Source: Octopus vulgaris (lineage: Eukaryota). From it: 64,000 nt of DNA. The notes beneath the pieces are model-generated. The model made no database searches, was not told the DNA's origin, and saw only the letters and a list, made by a program, of their open reading frames with translations. The DNA lies in the NCBI GenBank assembly GCA_951406725.2, contig OX597819.1, positions 32,922,001 through 32,986,000 on the forward strand, given 5' to 3'. A program made the translations under genes and the position numbers. Positions 1 through 14,546 of this stretch are shown here, piece by piece; the first letter of the stretch is position 1, and each line of letters opens with the position of its first letter.

Positions 1-1170
<1,170 letters not shown>

Positions 1171-1324
1171 AGAAAAAGCAGTGGAACATTTTTTAAGGTG
1201 GCAGCTGATATGTAAACAGCAAACAGCTTTCGTGATATGTGATTACACGAGCTACGAAGCGATTAATATGTAAACCTATGTCTGCACTGAGACTCTCCTG
1301 TCGGTTGTTGAAAAACTACCAAAC

Positions 1325-2195
1325 AGAGAATCACCTGGGGAAGACATGTTAATGGGTTATTGGTAGAGAGAGCTCATATTCTACCCTTGTTAACTTGTCC
1401 GAGAGGACGCTGAACACTGCTCTTGACGTATCAGATCAGTTGGTAGTTGTGCGTACAACACTAATTGCGGATCTTTTCGGTTTGAACGGCAGTTTTTAAC
1501 ATAATTTCTAGGTAACTAAAAAAACTTCGTATACTGGTAGAATGTGTTTATAAAACATCTTTTTCTCTTGGCTTTATTGAGAAATTTTATAGTTTGTAAG
1601 ATATTTGTTGTTTTTTTTTCTTCAATTTCTACAATTTCAACCAATCACTGACGTCCATTGAGGTAAAAAAACATTTCTGTGCCGTATGAATATGTCCCTC
1701 GTTTAAGAAACAGATCGGGTTTATTTACATTTGTGAAGAAAAAAGATACCCTCCTTCCACCCCTAACCCTAACCCTAACTAACCCTAACGCTAAAACAGA
1801 TTGAAATGCAATAGATCGATACTAGGGTCATAATTATGGGTGACAATTTCATATGACACCGCTAGAAAAAACTGCCGTTCAAACCAAAAGATCCCTAATA
1901 GCTCAGGGGACACGTGTGGCGGAACACTACAAGTCAACAGCGTGATTGAAAGACATGTATGAGTTACACAAAGGCTGTTTGAATGTTTTCTTCCAGGATC
2001 ATCGTTAAATATACACTGTAGTGACCAATGAGCAAGTAGGAGGGGAGGGGAAAAAAGGTGCCTGAAACGGTGATAAGCAGCCCCTGATCAACAATGCTGT
2101 CGTTAAGGGACAAAACAGCACGGCCGAAATCTACTGACTGTGTGGGCCAACTATAAGAAGGCATTTGACTTTTGTCCTTGGTTCATTGTAGAGTC
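1325..2195 (+). pseudogene. Degenerate reverse-transcriptase fragment of an RLE-type (R4/Dong-like) non-LTR retrotransposon, split by a MITE
   Basis: Manual translation across the MITE gives SPGEDMLMGYW, then VVVRTTLIA..EHYKSTA*LKDMYEL, then EQVG..DKQPLINNAV, then WANYKKAFD. This matches the APG.D..YW / GRT.LI / NYRPI.CL..YK / EQ.G..DQLLID / WIDYKKAFDSV motif series. Stops and frameshifts are present. Confidence 0.65.
1469..1894 (+). mobile_element. Merlin-like MITE copy 1 with internal (TAACCC)n
   Basis: TIR GGATCTTTTCGGTTTGAACGGCAGTTTTT at both ends. 8-bp TSD ctaattgc/ctaatagc (1 mismatch). Telomere-like repeats at about 1761-1795. Confidence 0.9.
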
Positions 2196-2230
2196 ACCAC
2201 TAACCTGGTATGGTTTTTATGGCTATAATC

Positions 2231-2478
2231 CAGTGGTTCTCAATCGGGATCCATGTTGCCCTTGGGCGTCCAGAAAAGCATTTGTTATTCAAATTTATTG
2301 GCAATAGATTGCTTATACTTTGACATTACACAAATTTTTTTTTTTTTACAATTCCTAATGATATTTAATTGTCAGAATGCAGTAGGATTTTTTTGATATA
2401 CACAATGAATGGTTATGGTGGCCCAGTAGAGTAAAACTGAAATAAGGGTCCATAGCAAAAACTGGTTGAGAACCACTG
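2231..2478. mobile_element. hAT (Charlie-like) MITE
   Basis: TIR CAGTGGTTCTCAA / TTGAGAACCACTG. Decayed 8-bp flanks ctataatc/ctgtggtc. Confidence 0.7.
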
Positions 2479-2899
2479 CTGTGGTCATTACCATTAAGAG
2501 ACTGACAACAACATAGTTGACAGAGCTAATAATAAGGACTGAAGAAACTATTATAATTTCTAGGCTACCAACAGGAACATTCTGGAGTGACAGCTTATCT
2601 GGAATGCTCCCTGTCCTGGCAGTGAACCCCTTGTTAGCCATGTTAAAGAAATGCAAACGTTACAGGTAACTAACCAATTTCTGAGAAACTCAAGAAGAGC
2701 AAAGTGAACATGACTTGAAAAGTCTTCTCCAACTCATAAGAAGTGAAGTAACTCAAAGGGAAAACACTGCAAAGACGGACAGTATAAAATCACAAGAAGA
2801 AATATTTATAACAGCAGCAAGACTGGTAAATCAAAGATGGTTGGAACACACCAAGAAATTGTATGAAAGTACTCGAACAGTCGTTGTGATTGGGCATGG

Positions 2900-4390
2900 G
2901 ATAGAACCTGGACCACTAAAGAGTGAGGTAGAGAGAGTTCTGGAAAAAATGTAAAAAAACAAGAAAAGTACCAGGTCTTAATGCAGTGTCGACTGAACTG
3001 ATCAAAAGTGCAGGAAAGAGTTCCATAACGATACTTCTATAACCTCTACTGTAAGATCTGGAGAGTGGAAGAGTGACAGTCAGATTGGTGCACAATAGAA
3101 TACGCATCCATTCACAAAAGAGGAGGCTTGCTTATGTGTGATAATCATCGAACAATCATACGGATACTACATGCAAGTAAAATACTTTTGGTCATCATCC
3201 TAGGAGTTTTGAAGCTATTTTCCGAACAAGAAATAGTTAGAGAACAGACTGGATTTAGAAGTGGACGTGGCACAAGATATCATCTGCAAAATATCCACGC
3301 AATTTAGAAAACAACTTGCAGCCTTACACAACCTTACAACTTTCCTAGAGAAAGGCTTTTTGACAGTGTAAACCATATCAACATGTGGCGCGTTACGTCA
3401 AATCACGGCATTCCGAGACACATCCTTAGGTTCACCAAACAGCTTTACATTCAGTAAGAGTCCTGCATTCGTGTAAATAATGATGACAGAAAAGTTCAAA
3501 AATGGAAATGGAGTTCCTCAGGTTTGTATTCATTTTTCATGCTTCTTCAGCATCTACGTTGAGTGGATAATGCGAGATACAATACAAGAATATGGCATTA
3601 CAATACACGGTTTGCATATTTCTAATCTAAAGTATGCAGATTATACTGCATACATTTGATTGGAAATGATAAATAGAGTCGAGAAGTTATCACATACGCA
3701 TAGTTTCTATTTCAACCATAAGAAAGCAAAAGTCATGGTAATAAGAAAAGGGAAAGTAAATGTTACCATCAAACTGCGCAAAAAGAGATTCGAACAGGCT
3801 GAATTGTATGAATACCTTGGAGCCGAAATCTTTGATGAAGATACATGTAAGAAAGAGATTAGGACATGGCTAGCCAAGGCAAAAACGTCCATAGAAAGCT
3901 TAATAACATCTGGAGTAGCAAAAGTGTCCCAACTAATTTAAAAACAAGGTTAGTCCGTGCACTCATTTGACAGTTAGGCATTTGTAGTTCTGCAGCGTGA
4001 ACTTTGAACATTATGGAAGAGAATATAATGAATGCATTTGAAATGAGAATGTTATGAGCCTCTTACAAGGGCCATCAAACAAATGGATGTTGTTGCAACA
4101 TGTAACACCATCAAAATAAGGGTCATCAAACAAATGGATGGGTGTTACAACATGTAGGTGAAATGCCACGCCTTAACATTGTGTAAAAACGAAAGCTCTT
4201 CTATGATAGCTATATTCGAAGAGGTAGAGGTCCAAAAAACATTATCATGGAGTAAGAGTAGAGGGTAGTAGAACAAGAAACAGGCAGAGAACGCAATGGA
4301 TGGACATTATCACAAGCTGGTTAGACGAAAGTGGAAAGGCAGCTGAAGAACTTGCGTTTTATCGGCGTAGAATACATGACGACAAGATAT
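2900..4390 (+). pseudogene. Degenerate RTE-clade LINE ORF2 (RT and C-terminal region)
   Basis: Motif remnants in order: KVPG..ELIKSAG (~2965), IHKRG..CDNHRTI (~3110), EQTGFRSGRGT (~3242), KAFDSVNH-like (~3350), GVPQ (~3510), NLKYADY (~3623, YADD site), YEYLG (ORF 3660..3941), RTRNRQRTQWMD (~4270). Many stops. Confidence 0.8.
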
Positions 4391-4735
4391 GACCAACAGA
4401 AAAGATAAAAATTTATGTTACCCGCACTCCTTTTCTTAATTTCCTATGTCTGTATTCAAGTGATATGAACGGCACCAAGAACTAAGTACATTTCTGTGAG
4501 ACATAGGAACAGAGTTCTGTCAAAATAAGAATTCATATTTGCTAATTTCAAACGAGGATTGTCGACCAGACAAGAAACATAGATACGGATGACTTGTTCA
4601 TCTATTCTTTCTCCGGTAATGAATGTTGTGAATACCTCAGAATCAATGAGAATATTGCTTACGCTAAGGCTATGCGAAACGTTACTAGACTTCAGATAGA
4701 ATGAAAGCCAGAGCAGTCTCCATTCAATAAAACTA

Positions 4736-5626
4736 CGAGGTGATGTCAAAGCGTTTCAGGACTAGTACTGTAGCACACTAGCAGATGGCAGCACACGTTT
4801 ACGTGCGCTGTGAGAGCTAGCGGTGACCTTCGTGATGCAGTGTGCAGTGTTTACTTCGCAAGTTGAAAATTTTGTGTCTTGTGATCACGTGTATGTTGTA
4901 GTCTGCGATTTTTGTCATGGACAGGAAGTTAGGAAAAAAGGACCAGCGTGAGTGAAATGCTGCGTTAAACTTGGGAAGTCTACAACAGAGACATTGAGCA
5001 TGCTTCGGCAAGCTTAGGGCGACGAGACAATAGGCCATACACGCAATATTTCAAGTGGCACAGGCGCACCATAGAGCCGCAGCTCATTCAAGAACAAATT
5101 ATTCGTTGTTTTTGGCATCCGCAAGATTGTGCATCGAGAATTTGTCCCTCGGGGCTAGATCGCCAATCGCGAATTCTATTGCGACGTTTTGAAGCGTTTG
5201 AGGAAGGACATTCGGCGAAAGCGACCGGATCTGTGGAGTTGGATTCTTCATGATGACAATGCACCATGTCACGAACTCTCTTCACTCGTGAGTTTCTCGC
5301 CAAAAGCAACATGGTATCGCTTCCGCACCCGCTCTATTCACAAAGTTCAGCATCCGTGGTTTTCCATCTCATTTCCAAGATTAAACTGCAGCTCAAAGGT
5401 CGCTGTTTTAACACCATTGTCAAAATCAAGAGCGAATCACAGGAAGTTCTCGACTTGCTTACGGGAAACGACTTCCAGGCCGGATTCCAAAAGTGGCAGG
5501 AACGCTGGAGCCAGCCAGTGTATTCTTGCGCAAGATGACTATTTCGAAGGAGATTATATTAAAAATTAGGTAAGTTATTTTTTTAATTAAGCATAACTAG
5601 TCCGGGAACCTTTTGATACCACCTCG
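4736..5626 (+). mobile_element. Internally deleted mariner (DD34D-type) transposon
   Basis: TA-flanked imperfect TIRs CGAGGTGATGTCAAAGCGTTTCAGGACTAG / CTAGTCCGGGAACCTTTTGATACCACCTCG. Transposase remnants IRRKRPDLW..ILHDDNAPCH and LPHPLYS..FQKWQERW (ORFs 5189..5569, 5266..5538). Confidence 0.9.
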
Positions 5627-5639
5627 TATATCCCATAAG

Positions 5640-6590
5640 GCTTTCACAGTACCAGTGCTAGTTTCAATATACATGTTAATAGGCTGGACACTTAGAGAAA
5701 TTCGCAACTTGCACATTAGGACCTTCCAAGAAGAAAACAAAACAAAAGAGCAACCTGGTGTAAGCACAATGTGCTTGATATTGTATGGAATAGGGAGCGT
5801 AAGCCATGTGTTGCAGTAGAGATCAGTTTCCAACTGGATATGAATGTTTCGGCAAAAACTGAAAAACAAAGAACACCCATGGATAATGGCGTGATATAAC
5901 ACATCTCCGATTTGTAGACAAGATTGTGCTCATGGCAGAAAACCTCAGATCAACTGCAGAAAATATTGATAGGGCTGGACACAGAGTTTTATAGAACACC
6001 TCAAGATAAATCACATAAAAAGAAAATGTAAACATAACACAAAGCCGTATTGTGGTTGGAAGTGATGAAATTGAGGAGGTGAAGAACATCTACATGGGAC
6101 AGACAGTAAGTATAAATCGAGATGTGAATGTTGAAATCCCGGGCAGATTAACTGAAGAGTGAAAAGCGTTGCTTTAATTAAAGTTGTGTTCAAATTGCAG
6201 CTGCACATAACACTGTGTGCCAATATCTTCAATAGACTTGTCCGACTTCTGCTTTATATGCAAGTGAGATGTGGACTACTATGATGAAACTAGATACGAC
6301 ACAGAGAGCCATGAAAAGCTGAATTCCAGGAACATCATTGCGGAACATATGCGAAATTAGATAATTTAAAAACGAGGTAGAACGAACGATTTGTCCGCCG
6401 AATACCAAATGCAATAACTTCGTAGAGCTGCAATATGGGTCCATTTGCAGACAAGAAATGGACCAATATTGTTGCCAAGTTGTATACAAGAGATCAGAAG
6501 AAGCCATATGGGAGACTTCCAAGACAATGGCAAAACGACATAGTCAAAACGATGGAACCTAAATGAAAGAGCATTGTACATGTTGCTTTC
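5640..6590 (+). pseudogene. Second, highly degenerate RTE-like LINE fragment
   Basis: Remnants KEQPG (~5745), EIEEVKNIYMG (~6065), LLYASEMWT (~6250) and GRLPRQW (~6510). Confidence 0.55.
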
Positions 6591-6780
6591 GTCTACTTAA
6601 CTGAATATTAGGCACAAGCTGACTACTGTAGCAGTTCCCTCTCCTAACTGTTATATTCGCGATGTCCCACTGCACTTAGGGTGAAAAGGCAGAAAGGGTA
6701 TCTACCTCTGCTCAAGACTTCATTGGTGGCTAAAACCAATGACGAAAGGATACTGTTTATTACCAAATAATACTCACTTT

Positions 6781-7234
6781 GGATCTTTTCGGTTTGAACG
6801 GCAGTTTTTTCTAGCGGTGTCATATGAAATTGCCACCCATAATTATGACCCTAGTATCGATCTATTGCATTTCAATCTGTTTTAGGGTTAGGGTTAGTTA
6901 GGGTTAGTTAGGGTTAGAGTTAGGGTTAGGGTTAGGGGTGGGAGGAGGGTATCTTTTTCTCTTCACAAATGTAAATAAACCCAATCTGTTTCTTAAACGA
7001 GGGACATATTCATACGGCACAGAATGTTATTTACCTCAATAGACGTCAGTGATTGGTTAAAATTGCAGAAATTGAAGGAAAAAAACAACAAATATCTTAC
7101 AAACTATAGAATTTTCTTAATAAAGCCAAGAGAAAAAGATGTTTTATAAACACATTCTACCAGTATACGAAGTTTAAAATTTTTTAGTTACCTAGAAATT
7201 ACGTTAAAAACTGCCGTTCAAATCGAAAAGATCC
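6781..7234 (-). mobile_element. Merlin-like MITE copy 2, with the longest (TTAGGG)n-like tract
   Basis: Same TIRs. Perfect 8-bp TSD ctcacttt. About 9 TTAGGG/TTAG/TTAGAG units at 6882-6938. Confidence 0.93.
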
Positions 7235-8315
7235 CTCACTTTAGAGACGGTTACACTCATTATGTGTGAATGTGTGTGTTTGTGTGTGCGTGCGTATGTG
7301 CGCGTGTGTGCGTGTGTATGCCTGTTTGAATTTATACACATAAAACTCTTAGTGATCCTGAAACTAGTTTGTAAAAGGTTAAACATATCTTGATGTTGTG
7401 CATGATATCGATGTCATTCATTAATGATTGCAGAGGAAGTGATCGTAAACTTTAGATTTTAAACTAGGTTTGAACCTACATTGCAATACACGCTACAAGA
7501 TCTAAGTGGATAGATTTTTATCAGACGAACACGTAAATAAGAAAATATTTCGTGTTGCATTGTGTCTGGCATACATTTTGCTTGTTAAGTTAAATGAATC
7601 TCATATAATGAGAAAAAAGAAGAGCGTGAAAAAGAGGAAAGTATTGAGACGTGGACACAAATAGATAGAAAACTAAAGAGAGAGAGTCAGAGAGAGGGGG
7701 AGAGTAAGTCAGAGAGAGAAATAAAATGAATGTAATCAGGGAGATAGATGAGAGAAAGAAGGGAGAAAGAAAGAATATTACATGAAGATTAATCGAATCG
7801 CTAATCTTTGAATGTGGTTCGTGAGTTTTATCGATGTGTACGTATATAGATATATAGATAGATAGATATGTGTGTGTGTGTAGAATTGAAAGAGAAACCG
7901 AGATGCTGCGAGACGACGGTGGGGGCAAGATGGTGCTTGGTTCATTGAAATGATGAAGGTGGATAGTGGTGATGTTGAGGGCGGGGGTGGGGTGGATAAG
8001 ATGGATGTGGTGCTAGGTTGAATAGTAGATACATCCAACACTATTATGAACATTTCCTTTTAAGTCTGTAAAACTAATGAAGTATTTATTTTTTTTCTTC
8101 GTTGCTATTCTTGTTGTTGTTGTCGTCGCTGATGATATTTTATTAATTCATTTGTTAGTTTGTTTTTTTTTATTGTTTTTTTTTTTTGTTTTGGCACCTT
8201 TTAATAACTTATTAATGACTTACAAATATAGAAATTTGGCTTTAACTCCTATAAGACGAGAGGAAGTTCATTAAATTCTTTACATCAACGAACCATGTAC
8301 ATTAACAAGTTCAAA

Positions 8316-8510
8316 GCGACGAGCTGGCAGAAATTTTAACCTGCCGAACACAATACTAAGCCTTAGGTTGCTTCGAGTCATTGTTGCTTCGAGTTCGACT
8401 TTGTATTTCATCCTTTCAGGGTCGATAAATAAATTACCACTCAAATACTTGAGTCGTTGAAATCGACTAACTCTCTCTCCGCCAAAATTTCAAGCCTTTT
8501 GCTTGTAACA
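8316..8510 (+). mobile_element. Degenerate tRNA-derived Nin-core SINE
   Basis: GAGCTGGCAGAA head and TTTCATCCTTTCAGGGTCGATAAA core. Confidence 0.7.
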
Positions 8511-8788
8511 GTTACCAACTTCAAGTTTTCGGTGTTTTGTTGTTTTTTCTTTTTATCAAGTATATCAGGTAGCGATTATTCTCAATTTCATTTCCTTGTA
8601 TATGTGTGTGAGTTTACATGTATACGTGTGCTTGTATGTGTTTACTTGTGTGTTTTGCAGTGATTGTCTCGTATTTTATCGTGATAACAGCGGGGAATCT
8701 TTTATCTTTTATATTTTACTTCCTTCAGTCATTGGACTGCGGCCATGCTAGGGTATAACCTGGAAGGTTGTACCCTACTTACTATTTT

Positions 8789-9227
8789 GGATCTTTTCGG
8801 TTTGAACGGCAGGTTTTAACATAATTTCTAGGTAACTAAAAAATTTTAAACTTCGTATACTGGTAGAATGTGTTTACAAAACATCTTTTTCTTTTGGCTT
8901 TATTGAGAAAATTCTATAGTTTGTAAGATATTTGTTATTTTTTTCTTCAATTTCTGCAATTTCAACCAATCAATGATGTCCATTGAGGTAAAAAAAACAT
9001 TCTGTGCCGTATGAATATGTCCCTCGTTTAAGAAACAGATTGGGTTTATTTACATTTGTGAACAAAAAAAGATACCCTTCCCCCCACCCCTATCCCTAAC
9101 CCTAACCCTAACTAGCCCTAACTCTAAAACAGATTGAAATGCAATAGATCGATACTAGGGTCATAATTATGGGTGACAATTTCATATGACACCGCTAGAA
9201 AAACTGCCGTTCAAACCGAAAAGATCC
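8789..9227 (+). mobile_element. Merlin-like MITE copy 3
   Basis: Same TIRs. Perfect TSD actatttt. (TAACCC)n-like tract at about 9088-9128. Lies next to a SINE 3' tail fragment (8700-8788). Confidence 0.93.
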
Positions 9228-10069
9228 ACTATTTTTAACAATAGACTAGGTAGCATTATAGCACAAAAAATACTATTGCAGAGAAAGTATTATGATGCAG
9301 AAAGTACTATTGTGCAGCCAGTATTATGGGACAGAAGATAATATAGCTCAGGAAATATTCTAAAGTAGAAAATGTTATTGTGTAGTAAGCACTAAAGCGT
9401 TACGACTCAGTTGTTCAATAAGAAAATAGTTATGCAATAATTAACTCCACACGTCTGTCTTTTAAACAATTTCCTGTCTCTATGGTTTAGAGAAACCCAA
9501 TCAAATACTTTCAAGTAACAATGATATGCCGCTCCATAAACCGTGTTAATCAGGTAACATAGTATTACTCTTTCAAACTGCCGGTTGTTGTTGTTATTGT
9601 TGTTTGCTCCCATGATAGAACAGAAAATTATTACAATCTGCAAATACGCATAATTTTTTCAGACTAAAATCACTTTTAAAGAAAGTAAGGTGAGATTTGA
9701 TCGTGATTTGGTTACTATTTGTAGGAGCATCATCATTGGTTATCGAGTGTTGTTTGAAAGACAATAGGACGTGATTTGAGTGACATAAGCCACTGTTTCC
9801 AAATAGTCAATCACTGTGTAATGAGATCAATTTCTATTATGGCACATCGAAGGCGATCAGCCTTTTATAGGCTCAGCGCATTAAGCTGTAATGATTGGCT
9901 GTCTTACCTAACACGTGAGCTTGGAACATTGATTGAGTTCTGTTCTTTGATTGGACGAGTACTGCGCGGGATATGGATCGAAGTTCCAGTCACGTTGCGC
10001 GTAATAAATCTTCAAACACTAATCTGAATGCGGGATGGAGCGTACCCTCCTTCTATAGACAGATCTAAG

Positions 10070-11160
10070 AAATCATCTATGAGCGGAGGGATGAGCGATT
10101 TTCATGAAGGCGAGTCATGTTATTTTCCTGCCGTTATTCAGCTGAACAAAATTCATATAACGGAACACATATAACCAACGACAGACCAAGCTGAATTATC
10201 GAATCGATGGATGAACTATACAACCACCGGAATTCGTAATGTGTTCAGTTTGTCCCCTGAACTATTTAAGTGAGGAATAAAGTCTTGATGTCATTTTTAA
10301 AGTTTGTTTGTTGTATTATTCCCACGAGTGAACATGCAACATACATTATATAATATATGAAAAATTCTGAAGTAAAACTATATTCAGATATATATTAAAA
10401 CTATATTCAGACATTTAAAATAACAATAGAATGGCTATAACTCTATGTAGAACAATATTCCAAGGTGTTTCATTTGAAAAGCTCATTTTAGATCTTCTGT
10501 TAAGCAGATTTTACTAATTTTGATTGGATTCGGAATCTTTTTATCCTATGTTACTGACGAGAGGAAGTTCTAGCTAACCTTCACATTGTTTCTGTTGAAT
10601 ATTCTGTAATACTGCCACCCCCCTTTTTATTGTAGTCGAACTGAATGTCTGGAACACATGACCTTTCTGATCCTATTTCTGTGAGATCTCCTCAGATTAT
10701 TTTCAGTGCTCACACAATGGATTTGTTCTGAGAATCAACTTCCTTTCAGGGCATCGTTGTTGTTAAGGTGAAGCTACATTGAAGGCCGCCTTAACTACTG
10801 AAAATAAAGTAATATATTCATCTAAACTATAAACTATATTCTAGAAATTTCTAGATAGGTGGTTGCGATTTCATTAGAATTTCGGTAGGATATAAAACTG
10901 CTAGTTTCTACACTTAAAATGATATCTAAGACGTGGACATCACTTAAGTTCGTATCAATAAGATTCTTCCTTAGAATATTTAACTCAAGACTGTTTCTAT
11001 TACAGATACCAATAAGCCCATCATCCCTATATATTCTCATTCACTTAAGCTAGGGATTCTTTATTCAAATAATCCAGAATATAAGCTTCTAGGTGGTATG
11101 GTATACTTAATACACTTACAATAACCTCTAAATACAATATACTAACTACATTATATTGAA
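10070..11160 (-). pseudogene. Penelope-like element RT remnant
   Basis: ORF 10834..11040 reads IYRDDGLIG...VLDIILS..T.SFISYR. The YRDDGL catalytic motif plus the LD..L...F..YRK motif is typical of some Penelope-like RTs. The downstream region is too decayed to confirm a GIY-YIG domain. Confidence 0.6.
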
Positions 11161-11204
11161 GGACTTCGATTATCTGAAATTACCCATGAAAATAATCTTT
11201 ACTA

Positions 11205-11582
11205 CTCTAGGCACAAGGCCCGAAATTTTTGTGAAGGGGGAAGTCGATTGGATCGACCTCAGTATGCTACTGGTACTTAATTTATCGTCTCCGAAAGGAT
11301 GAAAAGCAAAGTCAATCTCGGCGGAATTTGAAATCAGAACGTAAAGACAGACGAAATACCTATTTTTTTACTACCCACAAGGGGCTAAACACAGAGAGGA
11401 CAAACGAGGACAGGCAAACGGATTAAGTCGATTATATCGACCCCACTGCGTAACTGGTACTTATTTAATCGACCTCGAAAGGATGAAAGGCAAAGTCGAC
11501 CTCGACGGAATTTGAACTCAGAACATAGCGGCAGACGAAATGCTCCTAAGCATTTCGCCCGGCATGCTAACGTTTCTGCCAA
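11205..11582 (-). mobile_element. Tandem dimer of Nin-core SINE
   Basis: Two cores (GAAAGGATGAAAGGCAAAGTCGACCTCG) joined at 11360/11361 by the GACGAAATACC|TATTT junction. Confidence 0.88.
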
Positions 11583-11849
11583 TGATATAGGCCAATCGAA
11601 TTTTCTTGAAATTAAAATCACTGCAGTAGCTTTAAAAGCAATCAGTAACAACAATGGACATATTAAGGATTTATTAAAGGATATCTCTCTCTTAAGTGCC
11701 GAGCTGAAAGAATCGTAAGTGCGTCGGAGAAAACGCATAGCGTTATTTTTTCGACTCTTTACGTTCTGAGTTTAAATCCTGCTGCGGCTATAATTGCCGT
11801 TGAGCCTTTCGTCATCGATAAAATGACGTACAAGTGAAACTAGAGCATG

Positions 11850-12105
11850 ATGTGCGGCTTAGTGTTTTGGATGTCGGACTCATGATCGAATGATAGTGAT
11901 TTCAAATCGTGCACTGGGTGGCGCGTTGTGTTCTTGAGCGAAACACTTAATTTCACCTTGCTCCAGCGCACTCAACTACAGAAAAGGAAGGTTGAATAAC
12001 CCTACGACGGACCGGTGTCCTGTCCAGGTGTGGGGTGGAATATATGTGCCACGCAAGCCAGAAAACCGACTCTAGGAGTCTACGTGACTCGAGAAGAATC
12101 TTTGT
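11850..12105 (+). mobile_element. Older tRNA-derived SINE with CORE-like and V/Meta-like central segments
   Basis: A/B box remnants, TTGTGTTCTTGAGCGAAACACTT, and AACCCTACGACGGACCGGTGTCCTGTCCAGG. Confidence 0.6.
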
Positions 12106-12217
12106 CTTTATTCAATTTTATTAATAAAATCAAATAAATGAATAACAAGACTAATGGACAACAGAAGGACGGACGTGCACAAGGAATGTACTAGCTTCAC
12201 GCTCGGCGAAGAGTGAG

Positions 12218-12250
12218 TTTGGCGTTTCGAACATTGCTCTTCGTCGGAAA
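12218..12250 (-). ncRNA. Degenerate minimal hammerhead-ribozyme-like motif
   Basis: Minus strand reads TTT CCGACGA A GAGC-AAT-GTTC GAAAC GC C AAA. U4 is C and the cleavage triplet is mutated. Confidence 0.5.
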
Positions 12251-12295
12251 GGGGGTAAGAAAAAGGAAGAGAAATCGCCAACTGCAATGTGTAAC

Positions 12296-12361
<66 letters not shown>

Positions 12362-13091
12362 TTCTCCAATACCGCCTTGACAATCGGATTGGTTTACTCT
12401 TTACGTTCCGTAACTTAGTTCATCGACGAACGAGACCGACGGAACACACACACAAAACCCCCCCACAAAAATGTCAATTTGTCCGACTAAACCTTTCAAG
12501 GCGGTGCTCCAGCATGGCAACATTCTAATGATTGAAACAAATTAAAAATAAAAGATACAAGATACCCCTTTAATGAAGAATATTGCTATCAGTTGGCATT
12601 GCGTTGGCGTGATTCAATATCTACAGAAACAGAGAGAATCCAGTGACGTTGATTAAGAATATTATGGGACTTATCTTCTTTACTTGTTGGTTTAATCATT
12701 CAAACTATAGTACTGAGGGATTTCATCGCATAATTGCATTGATAATATCAGTTAATCCAGGTTTTTGAAATCTCCTTATTACATATGTCAAACTACTACC
12801 GTAGGCTTATCGTATATGCATGGCCTTTTCTGTCTTTTTGTTGCAGATTATGTGTTTGGTGAGTGGGTTGAGGGCTCCGTTGTAATAGTTCTGGTGGTTT
12901 ATGAACGATTGTCCTTTAAAGGGGTTGTCAGAACTTTGGGATTTAGTCCCAGTTTTGTATCCTATTCTCTGAGATATTGCATTTTTATTTCAACTTCTGT
13001 TCATCATCAACGTCATGTTGATCCTCTTCCTTCAAACCATCATCATCATCATCATCATCATTGTTGTCGCCGTCGTCGTCGTCATCATCAT

Positions 13092-13127
<36 letters not shown>

Positions 13128-13493
13128 TATCAAAAACTATTACCGCTATTAACATCGTTCTCGCCGGCTTCGTCATCATCATTAGCATGATCATTATCAT
13201 CAACATCATCACCAGCAGCAGCAGCAGCATCAAAATCCTCAATATCGACATCAGAGTCATCAGAGTCCCGGAATTACATATGCATGCCTCTGACGTTCAA
13301 GGTAAGCAGACGAATATTCTTTTATTTGATATGAATTTATAAATCTATTTCATTCTGTGTTGTTTCCTTTAAGTTCAAATTGGGTTCAAAGGTTTCTCAG
13401 ATTTGCATAAAATCGATTATGCCGTCATTTCATATATATGAATATATAGGGAGCGTGACAACTTGGGGAAGTGTCTTCTACTATAGCTTCGTG

Positions 13494-13583
<90 letters not shown>

Positions 13584-13786
13584 CGTGCGTGTGTCTGTGT
13601 GTGTGTGTTTGTGTTTGGTGTGTTTGTGTGTCTGTGTTTGGCTCCCCCAACATCACCTGACAACCGATGCTGGTGTGTTTACATCCCCGTAACTTAGCGG
13701 CTCCGCATAAGTGACCGATAGATAATAGAGCAGGGACCGTGGTATATATATGTATGTATATATATCTATATATATATATATATATA

Positions 13787-14113
13787 TAAGTAATACTAAG
13801 CAATTAAGGGTTTAGCAACGAATTGCCTTACCACACACCGAATTTAGAAATAGCAGTCAAAGAGATTATAGCTATTTCTTCTACTAAAAGGGAGATCACA
13901 GTAAAGACACAGCATTTGAAAGGCAAACACAAACAGGTACGAGAGAATGAATTAACGGCAATCTATCATTTGTGTTTGCCTTTCAAATGCTGTCTTTACT
14001 GTGATCTCCCTTTTAGTAGAAGAAATAGCTATAATCTCTTTGACTGCTATTTCTAAATTCGGTGTGTGGTAAGGCAATTCGTTGCTAAACCCTTAATTGC
14101 TTAGTATTACTTA
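13787..14113. repeat. Near-perfect long inverted repeat (arms about 145 bp) in a (TA)n-flanked module
   Basis: TAAGTAATACTAAGCAATTAAGGGTTTAGC...GGCAAACACAAA, a ~35-nt loop, then TTTGTGTTTGCC...GCTAAACCCTTAATTGCTTAGTATTACTTA. Confidence 0.95.
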
Positions 14114-14201
14114 AATTTTCCTCGAATGAGGCTTTTACATGCCGAAGACTACTTGGTGTAATTGATAATTATTCCAAATTAATTAATTTCACCCTTCATT
14201 G

Positions 14202-14235
<34 letters not shown>

Positions 14236-14546
14236 CACACACACACACAGAGACATTCTCTGCTGACAGCACAGGGTAACAGTGATGCTATGTCAGTATT
14301 GTCTGTGACAATAAGCTTACTTTCTCGCCACACCTGATGCCGTTTCAGACACAGTCGGATTCCACTTCCAGCTCCTGCTTTATTTTGATGTTTAGTGAGC
14401 AGAGGCATAAGTAGCTCAGTACAATCTGGACTGTGGTTTACAGTTCACCATATAATAGCGACACACGAACTGCCGGCCCTATTTTTTTTTCAAAAACAAT
14501 ACATTACATTGTAAAGCAGTACATTATTTGTGATAAGTTGTGTTAG

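Noticed and set aside
2560-2860. Possible BEL/Pao gag fragment (LLQLIRSEVTQRE)
   Set aside because: Only a short resemblance with no supporting LTR or pol motifs.
6882-6940. True telomere or chromosome fusion site
   Set aside because: The TTAGGG tract is internal to a MITE with TIRs and a TSD, and it is repeated in five copies.
10545-10582. CTGACGA motif within the Penelope-like remnant
   Set aside because: GAAA and the stems are not recognisable; too decayed to call.
11385-11738. Recurrent peptide EFKFRRGRLCLSSFRGR in several ORFs, suggesting a gene family
   Set aside because: It is the translation of the SINE Nin-type core.
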